Assembly: GCA_964013535.1 (NCBI GenBank)
Contig: CAXGWS010000008.1
Location: forward strand, 4,922 to 68,921
DNA: 64,000 nucleotides
DNA from: an uncultured Candidatus Poseidoniales archaeon
GTDB lineage: Archaea; Thermoplasmatota; Poseidoniia; Poseidoniales; Poseidoniaceae
Reading direction: 5' to 3'
The position numbers were made by a program, and so were the translations under genes. The notes under the pieces are model-generated. The model had not been told where the DNA came from, ran no database searches, and worked only from the letters and a program-made list of their open reading frames with translations. Positions 1 through 9,180 of this stretch are shown in pieces (the stretch's first letter is position 1; the number at the start of each line of letters is the position of its first letter).

Positions 1-1
1 G

Positions 2-367
2 GAAAACCAAGGCGAGTTATCTGTTAATCAACGTATAGACCTGCATCGGATTGTCGCCCGACAATTGATTGAAGATATGTGGCTGATAAGTGAAATTAAC
101 CGTGGCAATAGCCCTCAATTTGTTCAATTAGTCATGGTATGGAAAGGGCAAACTATCAATGGTAGAACAGCTGCTTTAGCAATCAAGAATTTGACTATTG
201 ACATCACTATCCTGATGGAGGATGATGGTGGTTTGGAGATAACTGCTTGGTGGGAAATCACGCGACTGAGTAAAGTACTGGCATTCGGTAACAAGGTTGC
301 GCGACAAATCGTTAACCAAATTTTTGATGACCTAATCGAATATGGTATTAACCGCTATACAATTTGA
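2..367 (+). CDS. hypothetical protein, C-terminal fragment (frame open to left window edge)
   Basis: No stop in this frame from nt 2 to TGA at 365-367. The TTG at 65 used by the ORF track is probably internal. No motif recognised. Confidence 0.4.
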   Translation, partial: ENQGELSVNQRIDLHRIVARQLIEDMWLISEINRGNSPQFVQLVMVWKGQTINGRTAALAIKNLTIDITILMEDDGGLEITAWWEITRLSKVLAFGNKVARQIVNQIFDDLIEYGINRYTI

Positions 368-437
368 CCTACCTATCAACATAGAATCAAACATAACTAG
401 GCGATAGTTCAAAGGTTGTCGGCATCAAGAGTATTTT

Positions 438-1460
438 GTGGCAACAGATAAACAACCAAAAAATTCACGACCACAAAAACGTCAGCGGCCCAAAAGATAC
501 GGGACAACCAAAAAGGCAGTATTGCTTGAACGAAGCAAAGAATACATCAGTGAAGTTGAAGAACGGGCCAATAACCGATTTGATAGAACTGAAAAACCAA
601 TGGGTTTTCCAGAAGACAAACTAACCCCAAGCAATCACTCTTTTGATTGGCAAAACAATCCAGTTCCACTAAAAGACGAGGAAACTCTAGCAAAATTTGT
701 CGTTAGAAAGGGTGAATTTGGCTGGCTTGACGATGAGCGTGTAGAAGAAATCGCCAAATTTGTCGAAAACAAAAATATGACCCTCGATCAAGCATTGTCA
801 CTACGTTCAGCATTATTACAACAGAAAACAGTATACAGCCATGGCAGGTTAAAATCAAGAGCAAAAGCCTTGTTTAGGCTATACAATGAGGGTGTCAGCG
901 TAGTTGACTTATCGAAGCGATTTGATTTCCCTCCTATGAATATTTTCCGCGTTATTCTCGGGGAGAAAAGATGGTCAAAATCTAGAATCAAAGAATGTTT
1001 GAGAGACCCAAGTAAAATGAAAAAGCGAGAGCGAGAGGAATTTGAAAAAGCCGAAGCCGCGGATAGAGTCTCGAATGTTGACCAGTCCGAAACTCACTCA
1101 AGAGCTGATTCATTTGAAGAAATTCTGGCTGATTGGTTTGAATCTAGAGGCGTCAAGATAAGACGGCAAAATGAAATGGTTGCCGAGCAGCGTCTAGAGC
1201 ACGGTAGACCAATTAACACTCCAGACATCTTGTTCCTTGACCATGTTGAAATCAACGGACAACCCGTGGCATGGATTGATGCCAAGCATTTCTATGGGGC
1301 TGATGTATCATTTCAGAGGAAAAAAATGACCAAACAAATGTCGCGTTACATCGATGAATGGGGTAGCGGAGCAGTGGTTTATCGACACGGATTCAGTGAG
1401 AATCTATTCATACCTGGTTGCTTAATGTTAGATGCAGGACTCCTTGAGTGGTTTGAATAA
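438..1460 (+). CDS. TPD-motif PD-(D/E)XK nuclease-like protein (CDIN1/C15orf41 family) with basic N-terminal tail
   Basis: The C-terminus reads TPDILFLDHVEINGQPVAWIDAKHFYG...GSGAVVYRHGF, giving PD ... D-A-K spacing typical of restriction-endonuclease-fold TPD proteins. It has a GTG start and an N-terminal KNSRPQKRQRPKRYGTTKK tail. Confidence 0.6.
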   Translation: MATDKQPKNSRPQKRQRPKRYGTTKKAVLLERSKEYISEVEERANNRFDRTEKPMGFPEDKLTPSNHSFDWQNNPVPLKDEETLAKFVVRKGEFGWLDDERVEEIAKFVENKNMTLDQALSLRSALLQQKTVYSHGRLKSRAKALFRLYNEGVSVVDLSKRFDFPPMNIFRVILGEKRWSKSRIKECLRDPSKMKKREREEFEKAEAADRVSNVDQSETHSRADSFEEILADWFESRGVKIRRQNEMVAEQRLEHGRPINTPDILFLDHVEINGQPVAWIDAKHFYGADVSFQRKKMTKQMSRYIDEWGSGAVVYRHGFSENLFIPGCLMLDAGLLEWFE

Positions 1461-1471
1461 TAGAATTTTAA

Positions 1472-2440
1472 TCAAGAATCGATTTCGGTAATAATCGATT
1501 GAAGACCATGCTCTGTGAATTTAGTATGGAGAAGTTCTAACTCCTCATGTAGTAACAACCTGTCAAGTGTTCGTGGTAAAATAACACAGGATATTCCAAG
1601 CATACAAAGTCTAACCCTAACATGTAATTGTAGGTCAACTGAACGAATTATATCCCTTACAATATCGAGCAAATGCTTCCGCTCCGTTTCAAGAATTAGT
1701 CCGGATTCTTGACAGAATTTACTTGATTGTTCGAGAATTTCATTCCATCTTGAATGATTCCATGGTCCATTTTTGATGTTATTCAATGCCTTGTGACCGG
1801 CTCTGGTAATTTTCAATTGCCAATCATCATCATCGATATATTTCGAAGTATGACGGGATTCTTCAGGTTGCCATGCTAAGATTACTGGTTGCTTACATTT
1901 GAAACCCAAACTAGTTCCAGAAGCCCCAGGAGCGCCTGGTTGTAACCTGATTTCAACACCGCCTGCATGAATTCCGAGAACGTCGCCTAAGCCCGAGCCG
2001 TTTTGCCGCTCAATCCTATGGCAGATTCGATAATATTGGTCTCTATTTCCGCGTTTTGAATAATCACGAAACGCCATAGCGAGGGCGATTAAACCAGCAG
2101 CAGACATCCCAAAGCCTTGGCTGGTCGGTAATTCGAGATTGATTGAAATAGAAAACGATGGAGTGCTATCTATCAATTTTGCATATAATAGATCGCTGAT
2201 TAAATCATGATATATCTTATCCGAACCCCTCATTGGATTCCCTTGGAAATCTGATATCATTATTTCACTGTCACTAACTTCGCCGGCTTTATCATTCACC
2301 GACATCAAAATTCTAACACCGTGTTGGATGTTTATCCCGACGCCTCTACTACCTTGATTTCTCAATAAGCGACCTTCTTTTTCTACCGTAAAAAAAAGCG
2401 TAATATGCCCACCGATGTGTGACATATACTCTTTCTCCAT
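1472..2440 (-). CDS. pantoate kinase (archaeal CoA pathway, GHMP kinase fold)
   Basis: N-terminal GGHITLFF matches the HITGFF signature of archaeal PoK. The GHMP motif PTSQGFGMSAAGLIALAMAF is present. A phosphopantothenate synthetase gene lies nearby. Confidence 0.7.
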   Translation of the reverse strand: MEKEYMSHIGGHITLFFTVEKEGRLLRNQGSRGVGINIQHGVRILMSVNDKAGEVSDSEIMISDFQGNPMRGSDKIYHDLISDLLYAKLIDSTPSFSISINLELPTSQGFGMSAAGLIALAMAFRDYSKRGNRDQYYRICHRIERQNGSGLGDVLGIHAGGVEIRLQPGAPGASGTSLGFKCKQPVILAWQPEESRHTSKYIDDDDWQLKITRAGHKALNNIKNGPWNHSRWNEILEQSSKFCQESGLILETERKHLLDIVRDIIRSVDLQLHVRVRLCMLGISCVILPRTLDRLLLHEELELLHTKFTEHGLQSIITEIDS

Positions 2441-2505
2441 AATACGCCTATCAATACTACTGATTTGAAATATTTCATAAAAATTGGTTATTGAAATCTA
2501 AATCT

Positions 2506-3483
2506 ATGGGTGTAATTGAAAATCAGGTAATCATTAGGTCAATCATGGCCGGGAATAATTTGTTGCCTCATGATAGAGGCCACCTCTTGTGGACCGCTGA
2601 AGATGGAGTCAGCAGATTACTGCTTTCAAGCATGGACCGATGGGTTACTGCGATACTAGCAGATGATGACATCGACAGCCCAATGTATGGTTCAAGTAGC
2701 CAAATTTCAGCCTCAATCATTGCAAAAGGAGATGGTATAATTGCCGGTACCGCAATGGTTGATCATCTTATTCAAATCTGGGCGCCATCGATACAGATAA
2801 GTTGGCGTGCTTCTGATGGTAAAAAAGTATCAAATGGTGAAGAAATCGCTAATTTAACCGGATGTCGAGACAGTATTCTTCTAGCTGAAAGAAGTATACT
2901 AAACATTCTCGGACACTTATCTGGCATCGCAACTGAGACCAAAAAATGGGCTAGTAAGGCTGCAAGGCAAGTCGCTTGCACCAGGAAAACCACATGGGGT
3001 TTATTGGACAAATGGGCGGTTCACCTCGGGGGAGGATTAACTCACCGCCTTACAAGGAATGACGCCCTAATGATAAAAGAAAATGACCTTGCATCGATGG
3101 ATGACTCCAGCGATGATAACGATAAAAAAATCGCTCAATTAATTCAGTCGTTAGAAATTGATGATGTAACATCTTTTGTTGAAATTGAAGTGAGAAATGA
3201 CAAAGAAGCAATAACGGCGGCGGCAGTTTGGCAACAAACTCATGAGCAGGAGAACAAGAAATTTGTGATAATGTTAGACAATTTCGGTCCGGAGCGTTGT
3301 AAGGATGTCGTCAATCAATTAGAAAGTATGAACCTAAGAGAGGCGGTTTTACTTGAAGCAAGCGGCAATATTACCTTTGATGAGCTAGACCAGTGGTTCG
3401 AATGTGGAGTTGATGTGATCTCGACAAGCGCGATAAATCGTGGAGTTAAACCACTGGACATCTCTATGATTGTTGGTGATTGA
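2506..3483 (+). CDS. nadC: nicotinate-nucleotide (quinolinate) phosphoribosyltransferase-like protein
   Basis: Motifs seen are LLAERSILNILGHLSGIATETKKW, TRKTTWGLLDKWAVHLGGGLTHR, IMLDNF and LEASGNIT. The ATG at 2506 is preferred over the track TTG at 2491. Confidence 0.7.
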   Translation: MGVIENQVIIRSIMAGNNLLPHDRGHLLWTAEDGVSRLLLSSMDRWVTAILADDDIDSPMYGSSSQISASIIAKGDGIIAGTAMVDHLIQIWAPSIQISWRASDGKKVSNGEEIANLTGCRDSILLAERSILNILGHLSGIATETKKWASKAARQVACTRKTTWGLLDKWAVHLGGGLTHRLTRNDALMIKENDLASMDDSSDDNDKKIAQLIQSLEIDDVTSFVEIEVRNDKEAITAAAVWQQTHEQENKKFVIMLDNFGPERCKDVVNQLESMNLREAVLLEASGNITFDELDQWFECGVDVISTSAINRGVKPLDISMIVGD

Positions 3484-4230
3484 ATGGGTGAATTTACTGC
3501 TGATAAAAGTCATCCGAGATATGAATCATTACTAAGTCGACACAAACTCGAGGTTGCCGCCAGTAAAGGCATGCTTGCAGATAGTGCATTAATTGCTCAC
3601 GGCCGTGGCGAGGCTTTCGATTATCTGCTAGGCGAAGCAACATCTGAAAATGCTATGCTAGCAGCTAGAAACGCTCTCGCCCATCTAATGGCTGCCAAAC
3701 GCCCAATAATAACCATCAATGGCAATACTGCAGCGCTAGCAGGCAAAGAATTATTGCAGCTCGCCCAAGCCCTAAACTGCCCAATTGAAATTAACATCTT
3801 TTACCGCACAGAACAGCGCATATCCGCTCTATATAATCACCTTGAGGAGATTAAAGATATTCACCACATAACCACAGAAATTCTCGGCAAAAACCCTGAC
3901 GCCAAGATTCCCAATCTCGAAGGCCCGAGAGCAAACTGTTGTGCAGAAGGGATCTTTTCCAGTGATGTTATTTTAGTTCCTCTAGAAGATGGCGATAGAT
4001 GTGAAGCATTGGTCAACATGGGAAAAACAGTGATTGTTGTTGACTTAAATCCGATGTCTCGTTCAGCAAAAATGGCCTCTATTACCATTGTAGATGAGGT
4101 TTTGAGGGTTGCAAAATGCATGCTCAATTACCTCAGTAGTGATGAGGAAATTGACATTGATATAGATTTTAATAATCAAAATAATTTACAGCAAAGCATC
4201 AATATTATTGCCTCGAACTACATCAATTAA
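3484..4230 (+). CDS. 4-phosphopantoate--beta-alanine ligase (archaeal phosphopantothenate synthetase)
   Basis: HGRGEAFDYLLGE is the signature of the archaeal PPS family. The ATG directly abuts the nadC stop (TGAATG). Confidence 0.8.
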   Translation: MGEFTADKSHPRYESLLSRHKLEVAASKGMLADSALIAHGRGEAFDYLLGEATSENAMLAARNALAHLMAAKRPIITINGNTAALAGKELLQLAQALNCPIEINIFYRTEQRISALYNHLEEIKDIHHITTEILGKNPDAKIPNLEGPRANCCAEGIFSSDVILVPLEDGDRCEALVNMGKTVIVVDLNPMSRSAKMASITIVDEVLRVAKCMLNYLSSDEEIDIDIDFNNQNNLQQSINIIASNYIN

Positions 4231-4307
4231 GATACATAATAATACAATATTAGAACTTTGTCGGGACAAGCCTTTTATTATCTAAAGTAGAGATTTTATT
4301 GAAAAAG

Positions 4308-4928
4308 ATGGGCGAAGAATTAGCGAAAAACCCACAGTCAGGAACTTTTGGAACAAGCATTTCGTTCGATATTGAAGAAACGGCTGCGCCGGTTAGGAGA
4401 CGCCAGAAACAGCAAAGAGACACTCACGAAGCCGTAGAAGAACAGCAGGAAACGATGGCTGCTTGTCCCGGTTGTGGGGCTGAAATCAATCACGATGAAT
4501 GGCTTGACTGTCTCGTTGGGTTCGTCTCTGGTGCGAATCAGTTCGAGATTGGCAACCCGGTTAGAGCAAGGATTGTTCAAAATCTAAGAAATCAAATTAG
4601 CAAAATGAATGTGCCAAACCCCCGTGACAGTTGGGAACTTGCGATAGTTGGTAAATTGATGACAGAAATTGAGAGAATCGTTCTAGCAGAGGTTAATCGA
4701 CATAATCAAAAACAGACAATTTCCAGCGGAATGTCAGAAATTGAAAAGCAGGAATTAATTGCTGAAACAGAGATTAGGGTGGTCAATTCAATGGCAGCAG
4801 AAATCCAAGAGGCGTTAATTGCGGAGTTAACTCCAAGACTTGAGCAAGAAATTCGAATCCAAGTCGAACAAGAATTGTGGCAACAATTTGAGCAGGAATG
4901 GAAGAATAGAACCGTCAATAATTCATAG
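4308..4928 (+). CDS. hypothetical protein, CPGCG zinc-ribbon-like motif plus C-terminal coiled coil
   Basis: It is a long ORF with no competitor. It carries a CPGCG motif and a heptad-like E/Q/I-rich C-terminus (EQEIRIQVEQELWQQFEQEW). The ATG at 4308 is preferred over the TTG at 4299. Confidence 0.5.
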   Translation: MGEELAKNPQSGTFGTSISFDIEETAAPVRRRQKQQRDTHEAVEEQQETMAACPGCGAEINHDEWLDCLVGFVSGANQFEIGNPVRARIVQNLRNQISKMNVPNPRDSWELAIVGKLMTEIERIVLAEVNRHNQKQTISSGMSEIEKQELIAETEIRVVNSMAAEIQEALIAELTPRLEQEIRIQVEQELWQQFEQEWKNRTVNNS

Positions 4929-4967
4929 TCAAATTAACACACATGTCCACATGTTGCAAAATTGACA

Positions 4968-5609
4968 ATGATATTCTTCATAGGCTGTCAAGATTACAAC
5001 CATGTTATGCGAGACAATCGGCTCCATGTTGATTCAATGCCAGCAGAAGTTCAGAAACTATGCGAGGTTATGGCTGGAATTGACCCTAACTGGAGCCTAG
5101 AAGACTGGCTAAAAAGTCAAGCAAACTCAAGTTTAGACCTGATTTCTAGCGAACTTGAGGTAGAACTGAAAACCGCTGAGCAGCGAATTCAAAGAATAAT
5201 TGACATAAAAAATCGTATTACTGATGCTGATACTGATAACCAGCAATCAAATCAATTAAACCTGTTCGATTGTTTTAGCATTGAGTATGACAAGAGCATA
5301 ATCGGGCTAGGCTCAAGAGCGGTCAGTAATGAAGAGGATTTTACTGAAACCCATCCTGTTAGTGCGTTTCTTGATTTGTTGCCAAATGACCAAGGTGACG
5401 ACCCCCTACTGGCCGTCGCTTGTCAGAACTTGTTGATGATAATCGATGGCGAACTTGCTAAAGGCAAAGATTCAGCTAATCTAGACGTAATTGTTGCTGA
5501 ATTAGATAAATCGGGAATCTCCTTTGAGGAGATAGATGAAGCCATTGAACATTGTTTGATGACTGGGGTAATCATTGAAATTGACGATGATTGCTTCATC
5601 ACTATTTGA
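4968..5609 (+). CDS. hypothetical acidic protein
   Basis: The ORF follows the previous gene closely on the same strand and is acidic. The C-terminal 50 aa (SGISFEEIDEAIEHCLMTGVIIEIDDDCFITI) look like a small winged-helix. The start is uncertain (4968, 5007 or 5037). Confidence 0.45.
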   Translation: MIFFIGCQDYNHVMRDNRLHVDSMPAEVQKLCEVMAGIDPNWSLEDWLKSQANSSLDLISSELEVELKTAEQRIQRIIDIKNRITDADTDNQQSNQLNLFDCFSIEYDKSIIGLGSRAVSNEEDFTETHPVSAFLDLLPNDQGDDPLLAVACQNLLMIIDGELAKGKDSANLDVIVAELDKSGISFEEIDEAIEHCLMTGVIIEIDDDCFITI

Positions 5610-5622
5610 TTGAGGCGTTTAG

Positions 5623-5934
5623 ATGACCTTGACAAAAAAACAAGCGGCACAACTTTGCATAGATGCAATCAATTCTGAGTTAAAGTTGAAACGAAAAGTG
5701 ATTATTGCAACAGTCAATATTGTTATTATTTCGGGAATTATTACATATCTTACATCATGGTATTTTGGACTGGCATGTCTGCTTATCTGTGGCTTGTTAG
5801 GACAATTTGCCCATGAACGTATGGATAATTCGATACAATCTAGAAAATTGCTAGCGATGAAATCATTAAACTGGCAAACTTCAGAATTAGAAAATCCAGA
5901 TTTAATGGCAAAATTGACGAAGATTATTGGCTAA
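5623..5934 (+). CDS. small membrane protein (2 predicted TM helices)
   Basis: Hydrophobic stretches are VIIATVNIVIISGIITYL and YFGLACLLICGLLGQF. It lies 13 nt after the upstream gene. Confidence 0.5.
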   Translation: MTLTKKQAAQLCIDAINSELKLKRKVIIATVNIVIISGIITYLTSWYFGLACLLICGLLGQFAHERMDNSIQSRKLLAMKSLNWQTSELENPDLMAKLTKIIG

Positions 5935-5943
5935 GTGAAATAG

Positions 5944-6597
5944 ATGGACTACAACCTTGAAATTTCAAAGTTAGAATCAAGTGCCGAACTGGTAAAGGTT
6001 CTAGCCAAGATTGCAATTATCAGTACTGCATTCAGTATCACAATTCTACTGTTTGGATTTGATGTACCCGACCCAATTATCTTTTTATCGATACTGTTAA
6101 TCCCGATATTTGTGGTTTTATCAAACAACTTTATCACAAAATATTATCAAATTAAAATTGAGTATCTCTCTCATGAATTGCTTGCTGTAAAATACGCCAA
6201 TGAGGATGAGGAGACTGCAAGCAATGTCAATCAGTCTAATTTCGCTAATCCTGATTATCTAAGAAATAGAGGGACTGACGAAAAGGGTCCCGCATTTCAT
6301 ACCGGCAAGAACAATTTCTCAACTGATGGAGAACGAGTGGATGCTATGAGTAATCGTGATTATGATAATATTGAGTCAGCGATTACTAAAGGTGAAGAAA
6401 TGCTCAGAGATGCTAATGCTATCCAAGCGGAAAATTCTGCCAAACAATGGCAATCATCAGAATCTGTGGATACTGATCTGATAGAATCAGGAGTTGACAA
6501 TCTAGGCGATTTGATAAAAACTGGCTGGTTTGAGAAGAATAAGCAAGATGGTGCAGTTAAACGGTTATATGAGAATAATGAAGGAAACCAAATATAG
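5944..6597 (+). CDS. membrane protein with acidic/polar C-terminal tail
   Basis: There are two N-terminal TM helices (AKIAIISTAFSITILLFGF and IIFLSILLIPIFVVL). It lies 9 nt after the upstream gene. Confidence 0.5.
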   Translation: MDYNLEISKLESSAELVKVLAKIAIISTAFSITILLFGFDVPDPIIFLSILLIPIFVVLSNNFITKYYQIKIEYLSHELLAVKYANEDEETASNVNQSNFANPDYLRNRGTDEKGPAFHTGKNNFSTDGERVDAMSNRDYDNIESAITKGEEMLRDANAIQAENSAKQWQSSESVDTDLIESGVDNLGDLIKTGWFEKNKQDGAVKRLYENNEGNQI

Positions 6598-6618
6598 GAC
6601 TCCTACTTAGAGTAATCC

Positions 6619-7365
6619 ATGATGGTTAAGGCAATCTTGGTGGCAGGTGGCCATGGAAGCAGGTTGCACCCATTTACCAAAATAACTCAAAAGACCCTAC
6701 TGCCAATATATGACCGGCCCGTCATAGATTACGCATTGGGAACTATTAGAAGAGCGGGCATAAAAAATATTACAATCATTTCAAACCAGTTTATCGGCCA
6801 AATTGCTAAACATGTGGGCTCTGGTTTACCCGGAGAAAAAATTCACTACGTCTTGGAGGAAACGCCGGAAGGTGTTGCTAAGGCACTTAACTTAGCACGG
6901 CCACACAATGAAAACTGTCGTTTACTAATCTATTTCTCTGACAATATAACTACTATCGAACTCGAAAATCATGTAAAGGAATTCATTGACCATGAATCGA
7001 ATCCTGGTTGTCTATTATTATCGAGAGATGAAGAAAACCCTCAGGCATTTGGGGTTGCAAAATTCAATGATGATGGAAAAATAATCGATATTGTAGAGAA
7101 ACCGCAAAATCCGCCATCAAATGTCGCAATTGGTGGCATATATCTGTTTGATGAACAATTTTGGTCACTAATTGACCAGTGCGAATTGGAATACGGCGAT
7201 CAATTCTCAATTACGGACGTCAATCGTAAATACGTTGAGAAAGAACAAGCAAAATTATTGAATATTGGTAAAGAAACTTGGGTAGATTGTGGTACGCCTG
7301 ACTCATTACTTGCGGCATCATTGATGGCAAAAGAAGGCAAATTGAACCCAAATCCATTCAAGTAA
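6619..7365 (+). CDS. sugar-1-phosphate nucleotidyltransferase (glucose-1-phosphate thymidylyl/uridylyltransferase-like)
   Basis: The N-terminal signature is KAILVAGGHGSRLHPFTKITQKTLLPIYDRPVIDY. Confidence 0.75.
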   Translation: MMVKAILVAGGHGSRLHPFTKITQKTLLPIYDRPVIDYALGTIRRAGIKNITIISNQFIGQIAKHVGSGLPGEKIHYVLEETPEGVAKALNLARPHNENCRLLIYFSDNITTIELENHVKEFIDHESNPGCLLLSRDEENPQAFGVAKFNDDGKIIDIVEKPQNPPSNVAIGGIYLFDEQFWSLIDQCELEYGDQFSITDVNRKYVEKEQAKLLNIGKETWVDCGTPDSLLAASLMAKEGKLNPNPFK

Positions 7366-7399
7366 ATAGCTAGATGGTACAATTGAAAATGGTGATAAC

Positions 7400-8224
7400 A
7401 TGAAGGTTGGAATTATCGGAGCAGGGATGGTTGGTGGTGCAATCGAGCATTGCTTCAAGGACGCTCATGAGTTATTTATCCACGACCCAGCAAGGAAGAC
7501 TGACCTAAGCGATGTTACCGATAATGTTGACTTTGCATACATCGCCGTACCAACACCACCGCATCCTGAACACGGTGGTTGTGACACTAGTATAGTTGAG
7601 GAAATTTTAGACTCTTTACCGAATGGATTTACTGCGGTCATCAAGAGTACGGTTGTTCCCGGTACCACCGAGGCATTTCATCACAAATATCCGCATCTAA
7701 AAATCGCTTATTCGCCAGAATTTCTCGTTGAACGTCGGCGTCTTGAGGACTTTGCTAACCAAGATATTCTGGTTTGTGGAACTCACCACAAGGATGTTGC
7801 CCATCAGGTATTCCAACAACATAGAGAAGCCGGAGTATTACGAAACGAAAATCTATTTCATGTAACTCCTACACAAGCTGAATTAGTAAAATACACAAAA
7901 AACACCTTCTATGCGACAAAGGTCATCTTTGCAAATCAAATGTACGATATTTGCCAGGCTTTAGGAGAAGATTGGTATAAAATCCGAGAGATAATCACTA
8001 CGCCACAAGACCAACCCATAGGAGAGTCACATCTTGACCCAATTTTTGGACTGAAGCGTGGTTTTGGTGGCAAGTGCTTGCCAAAGGATTCGCAGGCGCT
8101 TGCGGTACTTGCTGAATCTCTTTCCTGCAAGTATGAATTACTACAAGCCATTCAAGACGATAACAAAAAATTACGCGATATTCTTACCGGCAAACCGAGT
8201 GACGTAGTTACCAAAGACGACTGA
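7400..8224 (+). CDS. UDP-glucose/GDP-mannose dehydrogenase family protein, short form lacking the C-terminal UDP-binding domain
   Basis: It has the Rossmann motif [14 protein letters not shown] and the catalytic-Cys motif [10 protein letters not shown]. The protein ends about 50 aa after that motif. Confidence 0.65.
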   Translation: MKVGIIGAGMVGGAIEHCFKDAHELFIHDPARKTDLSDVTDNVDFAYIAVPTPPHPEHGGCDTSIVEEILDSLPNGFTAVIKSTVVPGTTEAFHHKYPHLKIAYSPEFLVERRRLEDFANQDILVCGTHHKDVAHQVFQQHREAGVLRNENLFHVTPTQAELVKYTKNTFYATKVIFANQMYDICQALGEDWYKIREIITTPQDQPIGESHLDPIFGLKRGFGGKCLPKDSQALAVLAESLSCKYELLQAIQDDNKKLRDILTGKPSDVVTKDD

Positions 8225-8244
8225 ACCCTGAGGCTTGTGGTAAA

Positions 8245-8661
8245 ATGGATACAAGACAAATCGCCATAATTGCTCCTAGAGGCACGATTCGGCGTTTTGC
8301 TACGGCTGGAGCAATAAACACACTACTGTTTTGGATACTTTGGGAAATTCTACGGCTGTCTCCAGCCTTAGAATTATTTTCAGAGACCGGAGTATGGGCA
8401 ATCGCTTGGATTATATCATGTACTATTGCCCATTTTACTCACAGATATTTTACCTTTGATGGCAGAAAGGATGTCAAAACTACAATGATTGGCGCTTTCA
8501 CTGTTTACGCTATTGGAGGTGCGCTATCGACAATCTCATACGAGTTTTTAGTGTCAAATTTAGAGTTTCAGATACGCTTGATATTTGTCATTAATATGCT
8601 GATATGGGGATTGTTTACTTGGGCCAGCATGCGATGGTTCGTCTTTGAATACGACGAGTAA
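8245..8661 (+). CDS. GtrA-like polytopic membrane protein
   Basis: It is about 138 aa with 4 TM helices. It starts with RRFATAGAINTLLFWILWEIL and ends with RWFVF. It sits in a sugar-nucleotide context. Confidence 0.55.
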   Translation: MDTRQIAIIAPRGTIRRFATAGAINTLLFWILWEILRLSPALELFSETGVWAIAWIISCTIAHFTHRYFTFDGRKDVKTTMIGAFTVYAIGGALSTISYEFLVSNLEFQIRLIFVINMLIWGLFTWASMRWFVFEYDE

Positions 8662-8748
8662 TTCGGTTACTTTAATGAGGTATAGAAATCGAAATTTTCT
8701 ATGCTAATCATGCGAGAAGTTATTGGCTAATGAACGATACGCAGGGTC

Positions 8749-9180
8749 ATGCTGCCAGACACGATACACAAGCTGTCCCGTGAAGAAAGATTCTCCTATG
8801 CAAGGCTCCTTGCCTTCATGGCTCGAGTTGATAATGAATTAACTGTCGACGAAATGGCCATGTTCGAACAGCGACTTGGCACTGCTTTGCTATCGCCGAG
8901 CCAACGAGAGTTAATTCGACAAGCTCTGAAAACCCCTCCACCACTTGATGAATGCCTATCTGGATTGAGTGAGGAAGCTGGGCGCTTAGCCTTGCGAGAT
9001 GCTGTATTGATGGCTGCTGCTGATGGCACCGTAGATGATGATGAAAAAGAGGTATTGACCGAGATTACTGCTCACTTAGGATTACCCGATGATGCTCTTG
9101 ACCGACTACTCAAATGGACTGTTGAAGGATATAATTGGATGCAGTCCGGCTATGACATTTTGAATGATCTAGCGGAGTGA
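8749..9180 (+). CDS. TerB-like (tellurite-resistance TerB fold) protein 1
   Basis: Motifs are ARVDNELTVDEMAMFE and AADGTVDDDEKEVLTEI, the D-G-x-x-D-x-x-E pairs typical of TerB. Confidence 0.6.
   Translation: MLPDTIHKLSREERFSYARLLAFMARVDNELTVDEMAMFEQRLGTALLSPSQRELIRQALKTPPPLDECLSGLSEEAGRLALRDAVLMAAADGTVDDDEKEVLTEITAHLGLPDDALDRLLKWTVEGYNWMQSGYDILNDLAE

Noticed and set aside
7400-8224. Pseudogene interpretation of the short UDP-sugar dehydrogenase
   Set aside because: The ORF ends cleanly 20 nt before the next gene, and no out-of-frame remnant of a C-terminal domain is present. A natural short form is more likely than a decayed gene.
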